A stretch of 43,903 nt of DNA from an uncultured Gemmatimonadaceae bacterium (GTDB lineage Bacteria; Gemmatimonadota; Gemmatimonadetes; Gemmatimonadales; Gemmatimonadaceae): NCBI GenBank assembly GCA_963822945.1, contig CAWGJO010000018.1, positions 1 to 43,903 of the forward strand. The letters are read 5' to 3'. Both the position numbers and the translations under genes were made by a program. Position 1 is the stretch's first letter; the number at the start of each line of letters is the position of its first letter. Shown piece after piece: positions 9,376-19,610 of this stretch. A model generated the notes under the pieces. That model saw only the letters and a list, made by a program, of their open reading frames with translations, had not been told where the DNA came from and made no database searches.

Positions 9376-12099
9376 CGGCCCCCGCCCCGGCCCCCGCGTC
9401 CCGAGGGACGCGGCGTCGGCGCGGCCGGCTTCTCCGACGCCCCGGGCGCGGTCCAGAATCCCGGCGTTCCCCGTGCCTCGGCCGCGAGTCGCCCGCCGAA
9501 CAGCGCGGCGTTGAACACCACGCGGAAGGTGCCCTCCGGCTGCCCCCGCCATTGCGGGCGGAACCCGATCAGCACCACGTGGCCGCGGCCGTGATCCACG
9601 TCCAGCGCGGCGGCGTACCCCTGGATGTACCGGTCGCCGAGCAGATACCCCGAGAGCAGCGGCGACCCCGCCGTCTGGTACGTGGCGAGCGCCGCTCCGC
9701 GGAACCCGTCGAGCGTGGTGAACACGGGGCTCCCGTCCACGAACACGTTGGCCGCGACCGGCATCCCGGCCATCACCGGATGCTGCGGATCGGCGGTGAC
9801 CCGCAGGATGGAGCCGCTGGAGAAGTAGTCCTGACGCTTCAGACCGGCCACGACGTTCTTCACGGGCAGGTGGAGTTGATCGATGGCGAAGTCGGCGCTC
9901 TCGTTCAGGCAGACGAGTGTGCCGCCCGCGTTCACGAAGGTGTCGAGCGCGCGTACGCCCTCGTCGCCCAGCCCGCCCTCGTAACGCGGCGGGACGGTGC
10001 CGTGCGCGTACCCGTTCATGATCGAGCGGGGGCGGTCGGAGGCGACGAGGATCACGTCGTAGTGCGACGACAGGTCGCCGGCCTGAATGTCGGCGTTGGT
10101 GAGCACCGTGTACTTGAAGTCGTACTGGTCGAGCAGCCACTGCGTCCATCCCTCATCCATGCTCGCCGTCCACGGCTTGTAGATGGCGATGCGCGGACGC
10201 ACCGGCACGGCGCCGGCTGTGCTCGACACCCGTTGGCCGCGAACGTACAGCGACGACGCCAGCGCGTCGGCGCGCGCCGTCGAGAGCCCGGACACGAGAT
10301 AGTGTCCGCTGGCGCCGTCGGCACCGGGCGCGAAGGCGATGGCACCACCGGCCGCGAGCGCCCGGTTCATGAACCGGTAGGCGTTGGTCTGCGCCGGGTC
10401 GAGCGACACCACCGCTCCTGAACCCGTCAGCCGGCCCGGCAGCGGACTGATCCCCGCCGCCTCGGCGTTGGTCTCGAAGGGCGCATCGGGCGCCGTGCGC
10501 CAATCGACGGGGTTCCCCTCCACCGGCTCGAGCGCCGCCGAGAACTCGTCGGGCAACGGCGCGCGCGCCTCCACCACGTGCACGTTCATCTGATAGGGCA
10601 GCGTCCACCCCGCGGCGTCGTACGGCTGCTCCGGCGGCCCGCCGGGGAACTGGCGAAGGTCGGGGTAGTCCTGCGGCTCCATGAGTTGCCGCACGAACTG
10701 CGCGAACTCCTGATCCATGGGAATCACCCACGTTCCCGCCGGATAGGTGACGCCGCCGTAGTCGGCCGCGTGCGCCAGCGCGTCGATGCGCACGCCATTG
10801 AACGCGAATCGCTTGAGCAGGTTCGACGCCGACACCGGGTCGTGCTGCTGCTGCGGGATGATGTACGAGTAGGGCGGCTCCTTCTTGTAGCGCGCAATGG
10901 TCTCGGTGCCCGCCTTGTACCGGTTGTACAGCACCTCCTCGCGGTACTTGGCGGCGTAGTCGAGCACCGCCATCGATGCGGTCTCCATGTAGTCCACCGC
11001 GTCGCGCAGCCGCCACCACCCGCCCTTCCACGGACTGGGATAAGCGACTGGGGCCGCAGGTCGCGATACTCCGACGGGAAATCCTGGATCGTGTAGAAGT
11101 GCGGTGTCGCGTACCGATAGAGCGCCGTTTCCGTCCAGAACGCGTCGATGTTCATGAGCATCGGCATGTAGTCGATGTAGCCGGGATACCAGGCGTCGAA
11201 TCCCGTGCCCATGTGCGTGGCCCCCGGCATGTTGTTCGACTCGAGTTCCTGCGCGATCGTCATGCCGATGGTGTTGACCTCGCGCGACATCAGCGCCGGC
11301 ACTTCGGGCGCGATCGGCTCGGCGAACGGCGGCAGCCAGATCCGGGTCGGGAAGGGCGCCGTCTGGTGCTGCACGTAGATGATGTCGGGCTCCCACTCGC
11401 GCCAGGTCCGCGCGATCACGCGCGACTCCACGACGTTCAGCATGTACGCGTCGCGGTTGTTGTCGTGGCCGATGTACTTCTGATACAGCTCGTGCAGCGG
11501 CGACACCTCGTAGGGCGTCCCCACGTTCTCGCGGTACCAGTGGACGACGATGTTCTGTCCGTCGGGATTGATCGACGGCCAGAGCAGGAGCACGTCGTTG
11601 TCGAGAATCTCCCTGACCTCCGGATCGGCGTCGGCCTTCGACAACAGGTCGTACGCCAGTTGGATCGTGTGCTGGGAGCCGGCGATCTCGCTGGCGTGCA
11701 GCCCGCCGCTGATGTCCACGAACGCCTTGCCCTCGCGCGCCAGCAGGTGGGCGTCGGCCGCGCTCAGTCCTTCGGGGTGGGCGAGCTTCTGCGCGATGTC
11801 CCGGTAGTGGTCGAGCTTCGCCAGATTCTCCGGCGACGAGATGATGGCGAGCGTCCAGGGATGGCCGGTGGACGTGACCCCCACGTCCACGAGCTTGATG
11901 CGGTTGCTGGCCGCGGCGAGCCGGCGGAATAGGCGATGGACTGGTCGTAGTCCACCAGCCGGAAGTCCGCGCCCACCCGGAAGCCGAACACCGACTCGGG
12001 CGTCGGGATGGCGGACTGCTGGGCGCCGGCGGCGCGCGGGGCGAGCACCAATGCCACCGCACCAACGGTGAACATGCGGCGAAGAACACGCGGCAACAT
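9372..12099 (-). CDS. Secreted M14 family zinc carboxypeptidase-like protein, frameshifted
   Basis: AGGAG RBS, signal peptide ending AAGA-QQ, PTPESVFGFRVGAD, zinc motif GLHASE, INPDG, GHDNNRD, YVQHQ. C-terminal class-I-GATase-like part MDEGWTQWLLDQY...GFRPQWRGQ. Confidence 0.88.
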
Positions 12100-12256
12100 G
12101 AAGACTCCTGGAGGGTGGCGGCGGGCGGAGCGCCACGGATCGGGCACCCGGGCGCTCATGTGATCCTACATCCCGGCCGGACTCCGGCAAGGTTGGGCGC
12201 GCGCCGCCGTGCGTCAACCACGCCCCAGGGCCGATGCCGGCCGGCGCGACGCGCCG

Positions 12257-12811
12257 CTAGCGGCGCCCGCCGAACAAAAGCGAGTCCACCAGCGCCCGGC
12301 TCTCCGGCGACGCCCAGTCGCGGATGAACTGCGTGCCCACGATCCGCCCAGACGCCGAGATGAGAAAGGTCTCGGGCACGCCGCGCACCTGATAGCGATC
12401 CATGACGCGCGACCGGCGGTCGTGGAGCACGTCGAAGGTGAGCCCGTAGGCGTTCGCGAAGTCGCGGATCTTCGCGTCGGTGCCCGGGTCGTCCACGCTC
12501 ACCGCCAGAATGCGCAATCCGCGCGGCCCGTAGTCGCGGTACAGCCGCTCGAAGCTCGGCATCTCCTCGCGGCAGGGCTGGCACCAGGTGGCCCAGAAGT
12601 TGAGGATCACCGGATGGCCGGTGAAGTCGGCCAGCGAGCGCGACTCCCGCGGCGTGCCGACGGTCGACACGGTGAACGCCGGCGCCACCGAGCCCACGGT
12701 CACGGGAGGCGGCGCCGATGCGAGCCACCGGGGCAGCAGCAACGCCGCGCCGGCCGCCACCGCAACGACGCCGACGACGATCAGGGCCCAGGGCCGGCGC
12801 GGGCTGGTCAT
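12257..12811 (-). CDS. TlpA/ResA-like membrane-anchored thiol-disulfide oxidoreductase
   Basis: N-terminal hydrophobic anchor, LNFWATWCQPCREEMP, cis-Pro motif GVPETFLI. Confidence 0.9.
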   Translation of the reverse strand: MTSPRRPWALIVVGVVAVAAGAALLLPRWLASAPPPVTVGSVAPAFTVSTVGTPRESRSLADFTGHPVILNFWATWCQPCREEMPSFERLYRDYGPRGLRILAVSVDDPGTDAKIRDFANAYGLTFDVLHDRRSRVMDRYQVRGVPETFLISASGRIVGTQFIRDWASPESRALVDSLLFGGRR

Positions 12812-12954
12812 GGATCGATGCCTTGCATGCCTGGAATTAAACCGAACGCCGCCCCGCCGCGCACCTGCCGTTCCGCGCCTTGTCGCTCTGGTTCCCCGCC
12901 CTCTGATTCGCTGTTCTCCCCACCCCTCGCCCACCCCCATCCCGGCCGTCCCCC

Positions 12955-13838
12955 ATGCCGCGATCCATCCGTCCCGCCCTGCTCGCACCACTCCTCCTCA
13001 TGGCGGCCGGCGGCTGCCGCCAGCGCCGCGACGCCGGCGGGCAGGCCGAGCGCGTGGTCTGCGTCTCCAAACAGATCAACGAATTCATGTTCGCCATCGG
13101 CGCGCAGGATCTGCTGGTCGGACGCGATCTCACGTCGATCTACCCGCCGGCCATCACGACCATCACGTCGGTGGGCTACCACCGCGCGCTCAACGCCGAA
13201 GGCATCATCTCGTTGCGCCCCACCCTCTTTCTCACCGACGGCAACTACGGCCCGTCGGAGGTCACGGCGCAGTTGCAGAAGGTCGGAATTCCAATCCTTA
13301 CCCTGACCCCGGGCAACACGCCCGACACGCCGAAGCGCTGCTCACCACGCTCGGCAAGCGGTTCGATCGCCAGGCCGCGGCGGACAGCGTCCTCGCTGCC
13401 TGGAAGTCCGGCATGGACAGCGTGCTGGCGGACACCCTCAAGTGGGCGGGCACCAAACGGCCCCGCGTGCTCATCATGCACTTCGGACAGATCGCCAACG
13501 ACTACCTGGCGCTCAAGCGGGGCGGCGTCGCCGACCACATGCTGCACTGGGCGGGCGCCGAGAACGCCGTCGACTCCGTGGGCGGCATGATGCGGCTGAC
13601 GCCGGAACTGATCGCGAAGGCGGCACCCGATATCATCATCGCCACCGATGTGGGCTTCGACCGCTACGGCAGTGCGCAGAAGTTCGCGAACATTCCGGGC
13701 GTGAATCTCACACCGGCGGCGAAAACGGGACGCATCTACCGCATCGAGGAAACCGACGTCATGTACTTCGGCCCGCGCACGCCGGCCGCCGTCCGCCGCC
13801 TGGAAGGATTCTTCCATCCGAGCGCGGCCGCGCCGTGA
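12955..13838 (+). CDS. hmuT: Heme ABC transporter substrate-binding lipoprotein (HmuT/PhuT-like), frameshift near 13330
   Basis: Lipobox AGGC. VGYHRALNAEGIISLRP matches the HmuT heme-ligating Tyr-x-Arg region. TPAAKTGRIY and YFGPRT near the C-terminus. Confidence 0.8.
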
Positions 13839-13848
13839 CGGGCCCGCG

Positions 13849-14905
13849 ATGCTGAAGAAGCTGTCGTTCGGCCAGATCTACCTCCTCCTCACCGTGCTGT
13901 CGTCGCCGCCGTGGTCGCGTCGGCGGGTATCGGCGCGTTCACGTTCACGCCCGGCGAGATGTGCGCTACCTGGCCCAGGCCGCCGGATGGATGCCGGCCA
14001 CCGCTCCGACGCGTTGAGCCGCAACGTGTTTCTTCAACTGCGGCTCCCGCGCGTGCTGCTGGCCGGGCTCACCGGCGCCGTGCTCGGCGTTTCGGGCACG
14101 TTGATGCAGGGCCTGTTCCGGAACCCAATCGTGGAACCGGGCCTGGCCGGCACCTCGGCCGGCGCCGCCTTCGGTGCGGCGCTCGTGTTCGTGCTCGGCG
14201 AGAAGACCACGCTCGCGTTCACGGCGCCGCTGGGCGCTCGCCGTGCCCATGCTGGCGTTCCTCGGCGCGTTCGGCGCCACCATGCTCGTGTACCGCGTTT
14301 CCACCTCGTCGCAAGGTGAACGTGTTCACCCTGCTGCTGGCGGGCATCGCAGTCAACGCCGTATGCTCGGCGGGCACCGGGTTCCTGTCGTACGTCGCCC
14401 GCGATCCCCAGGCGCGCAACATCACCTTCTGGAACCTCGGCACGTTCACCACGGCCAACTGGCGCGGCACGAGCCTCGTCGGGCGATCTTCCTGATCTGC
14501 TTCTTCTGGTCGCTGCGGCACGGCAAGTCGCTCAACGCCCTGATGCTCGGCGAGGACGAGGCGGCCTCGTTGGGCATCGACCCGGCGCGGCTGATCCTGC
14601 GACTCATCGTCATCAACACGATCATGGTGGCCGTGGACACCGCCATGGTGGGCGTGATCGCGTTCATCGGCCTCGTGGTACCGCACATCCTGCGCATGCT
14701 CCGTTCGTCCGACTACACCTTCCTGTTGCCGGCGTCGGCGCTGTTCGGGGCGGTGTTGATGGAGTGCATCGACATCGTCGCGCGCCTGATCATCCCGCCT
14801 GCCGAGCTGCCCATCGGGATCATCACTGCCGTGGTCGGTGCGCCGGTATTCCTGTACATCCTGCTGCGCCAGCAGCGAAGCGGCGGGGCGGCGTTCTATG
14901 GTTGA
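13849..14905 (+). CDS. hmuU: Heme ABC transporter permease (FecCD family), frameshifted
   Basis: LRLPRVLLA, MQGLFRNPIVEPG, LMLGEDEAASLG, IAFIGLVVPHILR, ELPIGIITAVVGAPVF. Confidence 0.85.
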
Positions 14906-15682
14906 GGTCCGCGGCGTGCACTATCGCGTGGCCGGCGCGCACATCCTGCGCGACCTCAACGTGCGATTCCGGTCGGGCAAGTTCAACGTCATCCTCGGGC
15001 CGAACGGCGCGGGCAAGTCGACGTTGCTGAAGATCGCCACGGGGCTGCTCGCGCCCACCGAGGGCGAGGTGCGCTACGACGACCGCTCCGTGGCGACATC
15101 GGCGCCGAGGCGCTGGCCCGGCGCCGCGCCGTGCTTTCCCAGCACGTGGAGTTGGTATTCCCGCTCGCCGTGCAGGACGTCGTGCTCATGGGGCGCTATC
15201 CGCACTACGGGCGCGTCCCCACGGCCCACGATCGGGAGATCGTGGACCGCGCGCTCGGCTTGGTGGACATGACGGACAAGCGGATGCAGTTGTACCCGAC
15301 GCTGTCGGGCGGCGAGCAGCAGAAGGTGCAGCTCGCCCGCGTGCTGGCCGAGATCTGGAACTACGATGCGCCCGACGGCGAGAAGTATCTGTTCCTCGAC
15401 GAGCCCACATCCAACCTGGACGTGCACTACCAGCTGCACCTGCTCGACGTGGCCCGCGAGCTGCTCGGGTTCCAATGCACGGTGATCGCCATCCTGCACG
15501 ATCTGAACGTGGCCCTCCACTATGGCGACGCGTTCTTCGTGCTCGACCACGGGCAGCTGGCACAGGAAGCCGACGACGCCGGCGCGATCTCGGCGTCGCT
15601 CATCGAGCGCGTGTTCCACGTGCAGGCGCACCGTGTGGCGGATCCTGAGAGCGGCGAGGGGTTCTGGCGGTTCAGCCTGTAG
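14898..15682 (+). CDS. hmuV: Heme ABC transporter ATP-binding protein, frameshift near 15095
   Basis: GPNGAGKST, LYPTLSGGEQQKVQLARVLAEIW, LFLDEPTSNLD, ILHDLNVA. Overlaps the permease stop. Confidence 0.85.
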
Positions 15683-15841
15683 CGCGCGGCCGCCCGCCGT
15701 GCGTGCAATCCCATACGAAACGCTTGCGAGTAGCGCGTTCTTCCCGGCCGGCGGCGGATGCTATGTTGAAGGAGAGCGCGTGCGGTCGGTGATCCGGTGT
15801 CCGCGCCGCCATTCCTCAGTCCAACTGCCAGGAGACGCCGC

Positions 15842-16290
15842 ATGACCACCCAACGGACCTCCTCGACATCCGACACCCGCCCATCGGCGTGCCCCCGTCG
15901 GGCCGGCGCGCTGCTCGCCACCGCAGCCGTGCTGCTGGCCGCCGGCGCGTGCAAGAACACGGCGACCCATCCGGGCGACCTGCTGGGGATCGCCGGAACG
16001 TACCAGTTGGTCTTGGTGAACGCGTTGCCCCTTCCCTATCAGGACGGCAACACGTTCGTGGTGCGGGGCTCGCTCGTCATCCACGGCACTCCGCGCTACG
16101 ACCTCACGGAAACCGACAGTGTCGCCGGGGGCACGACCAACTTCACCTCCAGCGGACTGTGGAACGCCTCCAACAACGCGCTCGTGCTGAAGGACGACAA
16201 CGGCACGGATTATTTCGGCACGCTGACGGGCGCAGGGATACGGTTCGCGTCCAGGTCGGTTCGCATCTGGGCACGTATATCCGGCAGTAG
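15842..16290 (+). CDS. Hypothetical beta-rich lipoprotein (possibly lipocalin-like), frameshift near 16230
   Basis: AGGAG RBS, lipobox AGAC, IAGTYQLVLVNALPLP, alternating beta-strand pattern, C-terminus DTVRVQVGSHLGTYIRQ. Confidence 0.7.
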
Positions 16291-16316
16291 GGTCCGACGC
16301 TGCAGGCGACCCTACT
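16286..16316. terminator. Bidirectional hairpin between convergent genes
   Basis: AGTAGGGTC (16286-16294) and GACCCTACT (16308-16316) form a perfect 9-bp inverted repeat containing both TAG stops. Confidence 0.55.
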
Positions 16317-19068
16317 CGGTCTGCAGCGCCACCAGCGGTCCCACACGCGCCGCGCGCCACGCCGGCAGCAGACCGGCGACGACCGCGCTGACGCCAAGTA
16401 CCCCGACGGCGAACGCGATCGATGCGGGATCGAGCGGACCGACCCCGAACAGCTGGCTGCGCAGGAGCAGCACGCCCACGATCAAGAGCGGGATGCCGGC
16501 AAGGAAGCCGAACGCGATCAACTGCAGCCCGTCGCGCAGAACCATGCGCACGATGTCTCCGGGCTGCGCACCGAGCGCCATCCGCAGGCCGAACTCGCCG
16601 GTGCGCTGGAGCGTGGCGTACGACATGATGCCGTACAGTCCCATTGCCGCGAGCACCAAGGCCAGCACGCCAAAGCCGCTCACGAATCGCGCCATCAGGA
16701 TGTCCTGCCGGATGGACTTCCGCGTGAGGACGGTCAGGGGCTGATCGTCGTCGACGCGGAGCTCCGGCGCGGCCGATGTCAGAGCCCGGCGCACCGGTTC
16801 CGCGATGGCCGCCGGATCGCCGGCCGCCCGAACCTCGAACACGAAATCCGGGTTTCCACCCCCGAGCGCCGCGTAGAGCCTCGCCGGTGGAGTTCCGCGC
16901 AGATCGTGATCATGCACGCCGGCGGCCACGCCCACGATCTCATACTCCTGCTCGCCGTCGCTCACCTGCCGGCCCACGGCGCCACCGTGGGGGAAGTACT
17001 TTGTAACGAACGCCGCATTGACGACCGCCGCTCGCGGCGAACGATCGCCCTCACCGGGCGCGATGTCCCTGCCCTGGAGCATCCGCGCGCCAATCGCCCG
17101 AAAGTATCCGGGCCCGATCGCGTCGAAGTTCACCGACGAATCGGCCTCGGTGCGCGACACGAACCCCGGAGCCTCGAGGGTAATGACCGACTCGGAGCCA
17201 CTGAAGATTCCGTTGGTCGAGTACGAGACCGCCGCTACACCGGGCACCGACGACAGTGCCTCACGCAGATGCACCCGGAGCGCGCTCAGCCCCGCCGCGG
17301 TCAACTTCAGGGGCTCGGCGCTCACGCCAACCACCAACAGATGATCTCGGTCGAGTCCCATGTCCCGCGTCTCGAGCGCGCGGAGACTCCGCAGGACCAT
17401 GCCCGTGGCCACGAGCATCATCAACGACAGCGCCACCTGCGCCATCACCAGCGCGCGACCGGCGCGAAACCGACGCCACCCTCCGGTCACCCCGCGCGCA
17501 TGCGACCGAAGCACTCCAGAAAGGTTCACACGGGTGGCCCGCAGCGCCGGTGCCAACCCGAACACGAGCGCCGTCCCCACACTGAGCACGGCAGCGAACC
17601 CGAGCACCGTGCCATTCAGCCCGGCGCCGATGGGCAACACCTGATCGCCGCCCGAGAGCGCCCGCAACAGGACCGCGATACTCCCGTGCGCCAGCCAGAG
17701 TCCGAGCCCGGCCCCGGTGATCGCGAGGATCAGGCTCTCCACCATTAACTGCTGCACGATGCGCCAGCGGCCGGCGCCGAGGGCGAGGCGCACACCGATC
17801 TCGCGGCTGCGCGATGCCGCGCGCCCGAGCATCAAGTTGGCCACGTTCGCGCACACGATCAGGAGTACCAGGCCCACGGCGACGGTCAGGGTGTAGAGCG
17901 AGTTCGTGAACTCGGCCCGCCAGTACGAAAAGCCCCGGCCGCCGGGCGCCACAGGTACGTGTTCGTACTGCGACCGCGACGGCCTCTCTCCCGACGCCCC
18001 GCGCCCGGCCGCATCGAGCATGCGCCGCGTGAGCGCCACCATTTGATCCCGCGCCTGACTGAACGACACCCCCGGCTTGCGTCGTCCCATCAACAGCAGC
18101 CAACTCACGCTCCGGTCGTTCAGCCAATGCTGCGTGGGGTTGAGACTTGGCTGCATGCTGACCGGAATCCAGAGGTCGGTGCGCTGGGCCACGAGATCGC
18201 CGGTGAACGACGGGGGCGTAACGCCGACCACCGTCATCGGTACGCCGTTCACCGATACCGTGCGCCCCACGACGTTCGGATCGCGATTGAATTCCCGTTG
18301 CCAGTACCGGTCGGAGATCACCGTCACCGCGCCAGTCCCCGGTACCCGGTCCTCATCGGGCGCGAACACGCGACCGCGGGCCGCCCTCACCCCGAGTACC
18401 TGGAAGTAATTCGCCGTCACAAACCGTCCTCGCGGATGATCCACCGCCGGCGCCGAAGCGCTGTCCACTCCGGCCCCCGGCCCCGTCGTCAGGGCCAGGC
18501 TCCCCGCCGTGCTGTTGCCGTACAGCCCCGAGAACACGGTGTTGTTGTCGCGCAGATCCTGATACAGGGGATAGGAGAAGAGGTCGGTGCGCGGCGGACC
18601 GACCGACAGCGAGTTGACGCGCCGGGTGTCCCCGATGGACACCAACTGTTCCGGATGGGCCACCGGAATCGGACGCAACAGCAGCGCCTCGACCACCGAG
18701 AAGATGGTCGCGTTGGCCCCAATCCCGAGGGCGAGGGTGAGAACTACGACCGCGGAGAATCCCGCGTGATGCCGCAACGCGCGCACTGCATAGCCGACGT
18801 CGCGCGCGATCTGCCCCATGCGTGTCCCTCGTCTCACCGCCCGCTCCTTGTCTCGATCGATGGATACGCAGGCATCGCGGACCGCCTGCAAGTCGCCGAA
18901 TTGCGACAACGCCTGCCCCGTCGCCCGCTCGGCGTCCACCCCCCACTGGCGCAGCTTCTCCGCGCGCATCGCCAGATGGAACGCGATCTCCTCGTCCACG
19001 TCGCGCTCCACATGGCCGCGTCCCACGTCCAGCCGGAACACCCGGCGCCAGCGCCCACCCCGCGTCAC
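16312..19068 (-). CDS. Duplicated orphan ABC permease (ADOP) with N-terminal permease-prefix domain
   Basis: GTG 19068 overlaps the PadR stop. ERDVDEEIAFHL...ALSQFGD prefix, RDVGYAVRAL, TLALGIGANATIFS, LLIVCANVANLML, GLYGIMSYATLQRTGEFGLRMALGA. Confidence 0.92.
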   Translation of the reverse strand: MTRGGRWRRVFRLDVGRGHVERDVDEEIAFHLAMRAEKLRQWGVDAERATGQALSQFGDLQAVRDACVSIDRDKERAVRRGTRMGQIARDVGYAVRALRHHAGFSAVVVLTLALGIGANATIFSVVEALLLRPIPVAHPEQLVSIGDTRRVNSLSVGPPRTDLFSYPLYQDLRDNNTVFSGLYGNSTAGSLALTTGPGAGVDSASAPAVDHPRGRFVTANYFQVLGVRAARGRVFAPDEDRVPGTGAVTVISDRYWQREFNRDPNVVGRTVSVNGVPMTVVGVTPPSFTGDLVAQRTDLWIPVSMQPSLNPTQHWLNDRSVSWLLLMGRRKPGVSFSQARDQMVALTRRMLDAAGRGASGERPSRSQYEHVPVAPGGRGFSYWRAEFTNSLYTLTVAVGLVLLIVCANVANLMLGRAASRSREIGVRLALGAGRWRIVQQLMVESLILAITGAGLGLWLAHGSIAVLLRALSGGDQVLPIGAGLNGTVLGFAAVLSVGTALVFGLAPALRATRVNLSGVLRSHARGVTGGWRRFRAGRALVMAQVALSLMMLVATGMVLRSLRALETRDMGLDRDHLLVVGVSAEPLKLTAAGLSALRVHLREALSSVPGVAAVSYSTNGIFSGSESVITLEAPGFVSRTEADSSVNFDAIGPGYFRAIGARMLQGRDIAPGEGDRSPRAAVVNAAFVTKYFPHGGAVGRQVSDGEQEYEIVGVAAGVHDHDLRGTPPARLYAALGGGNPDFVFEVRAAGDPAAIAEPVRRALTSAAPELRVDDDQPLTVLTRKSIRQDILMARFVSGFGVLALVLAAMGLYGIMSYATLQRTGEFGLRMALGAQPGDIVRMVLRDGLQLIAFGFLAGIPLLIVGVLLLRSQLFGVGPLDPASIAFAVGVLGVSAVVAGLLPAWRAARVGPLVALQTE

Positions 19069-19412
19069 GCCGGTACCGGCTCCGTGCTCCGTAGCGCGCG
19101 AGCGGCCTGCTCCACGAACCGCATCCACGATGCCGTTCCATGACGCAGGCGGGCGCGGCCGGCCGCGCTGAGCGTGTAGTACTTGGCTTGCCGATTGTTC
19201 TCCGAGAGACCCCACTCGCCCTTCACCAACCGGGCGCGCTCCAGCCGGTGGAGGGCCGGATACAGCGTGCCCTCCCCCACCAGCAGCGTCGCGCCCGAGG
19301 TCTGCTCGATCCAATCGGCCACCGCATAGCCGTGCCGCGGCCCCCAGGAAAGGGCCTTGAGAATGAGGAGGTCCAGGGTTCCCCGCAGGAGACTGACGTC
19401 GAGATCGGTCAT
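19065..19412 (-). CDS. PadR family transcriptional regulator (acidobacterial ADOP-associated type)
   Basis: LLRGTLDLLILKALSWGPRHGY...EGTLYPALHRLE...WGLSENNRQAKYYTLS. Confidence 0.93.
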   Translation of the reverse strand: MTDLDVSLLRGTLDLLILKALSWGPRHGYAVADWIEQTSGATLLVGEGTLYPALHRLERARLVKGEWGLSENNRQAKYYTLSAAGRARLRHGTASWMRFVEQAARALRSTEPVPA

Positions 19413-19443
19413 CGGATTCGAAGTTGAAGGTCGGACGCGGGAC

Positions 19444-19464
19444 TCCCCTCGCGTCGCAATGGGA
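19444..19464. promoter_or_regulatory. Candidate PadR operator (21-bp imperfect palindrome)
   Basis: TCCCCTCGCG-T-CGCAATGGGA has 8 of 10 positions paired and lies about 30 bp upstream of the padR ATG. Confidence 0.5.
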
Positions 19465-19610
19465 ACATGGCGCCCCCCCCCATCGGTACACAAGGGGTAG
19501 ACACGCGAACGGCAGGAATGGTTGACCGAGGCGGCCGCCGCCGCTTGCGGCGGTGGCGCGGGAGACGCCACCTTTTCCCGCCCAACCGCTCCCCAACCCA
19601 CCCCCGCCCC

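Noticed and set aside
12251..12266. 16-bp palindrome GCGCCGCTAGCGGCGC over the tlpA stop
   Set aside because: Almost all G/C with no loop; plausible by chance at this composition.
12812..12954. Cobalamin riboswitch or Fur box upstream of the FecCD-type transporter
   Set aside because: No B12-box or AT-rich Fur palindrome was recognisable by eye. An Infernal/Rfam scan would be decisive.
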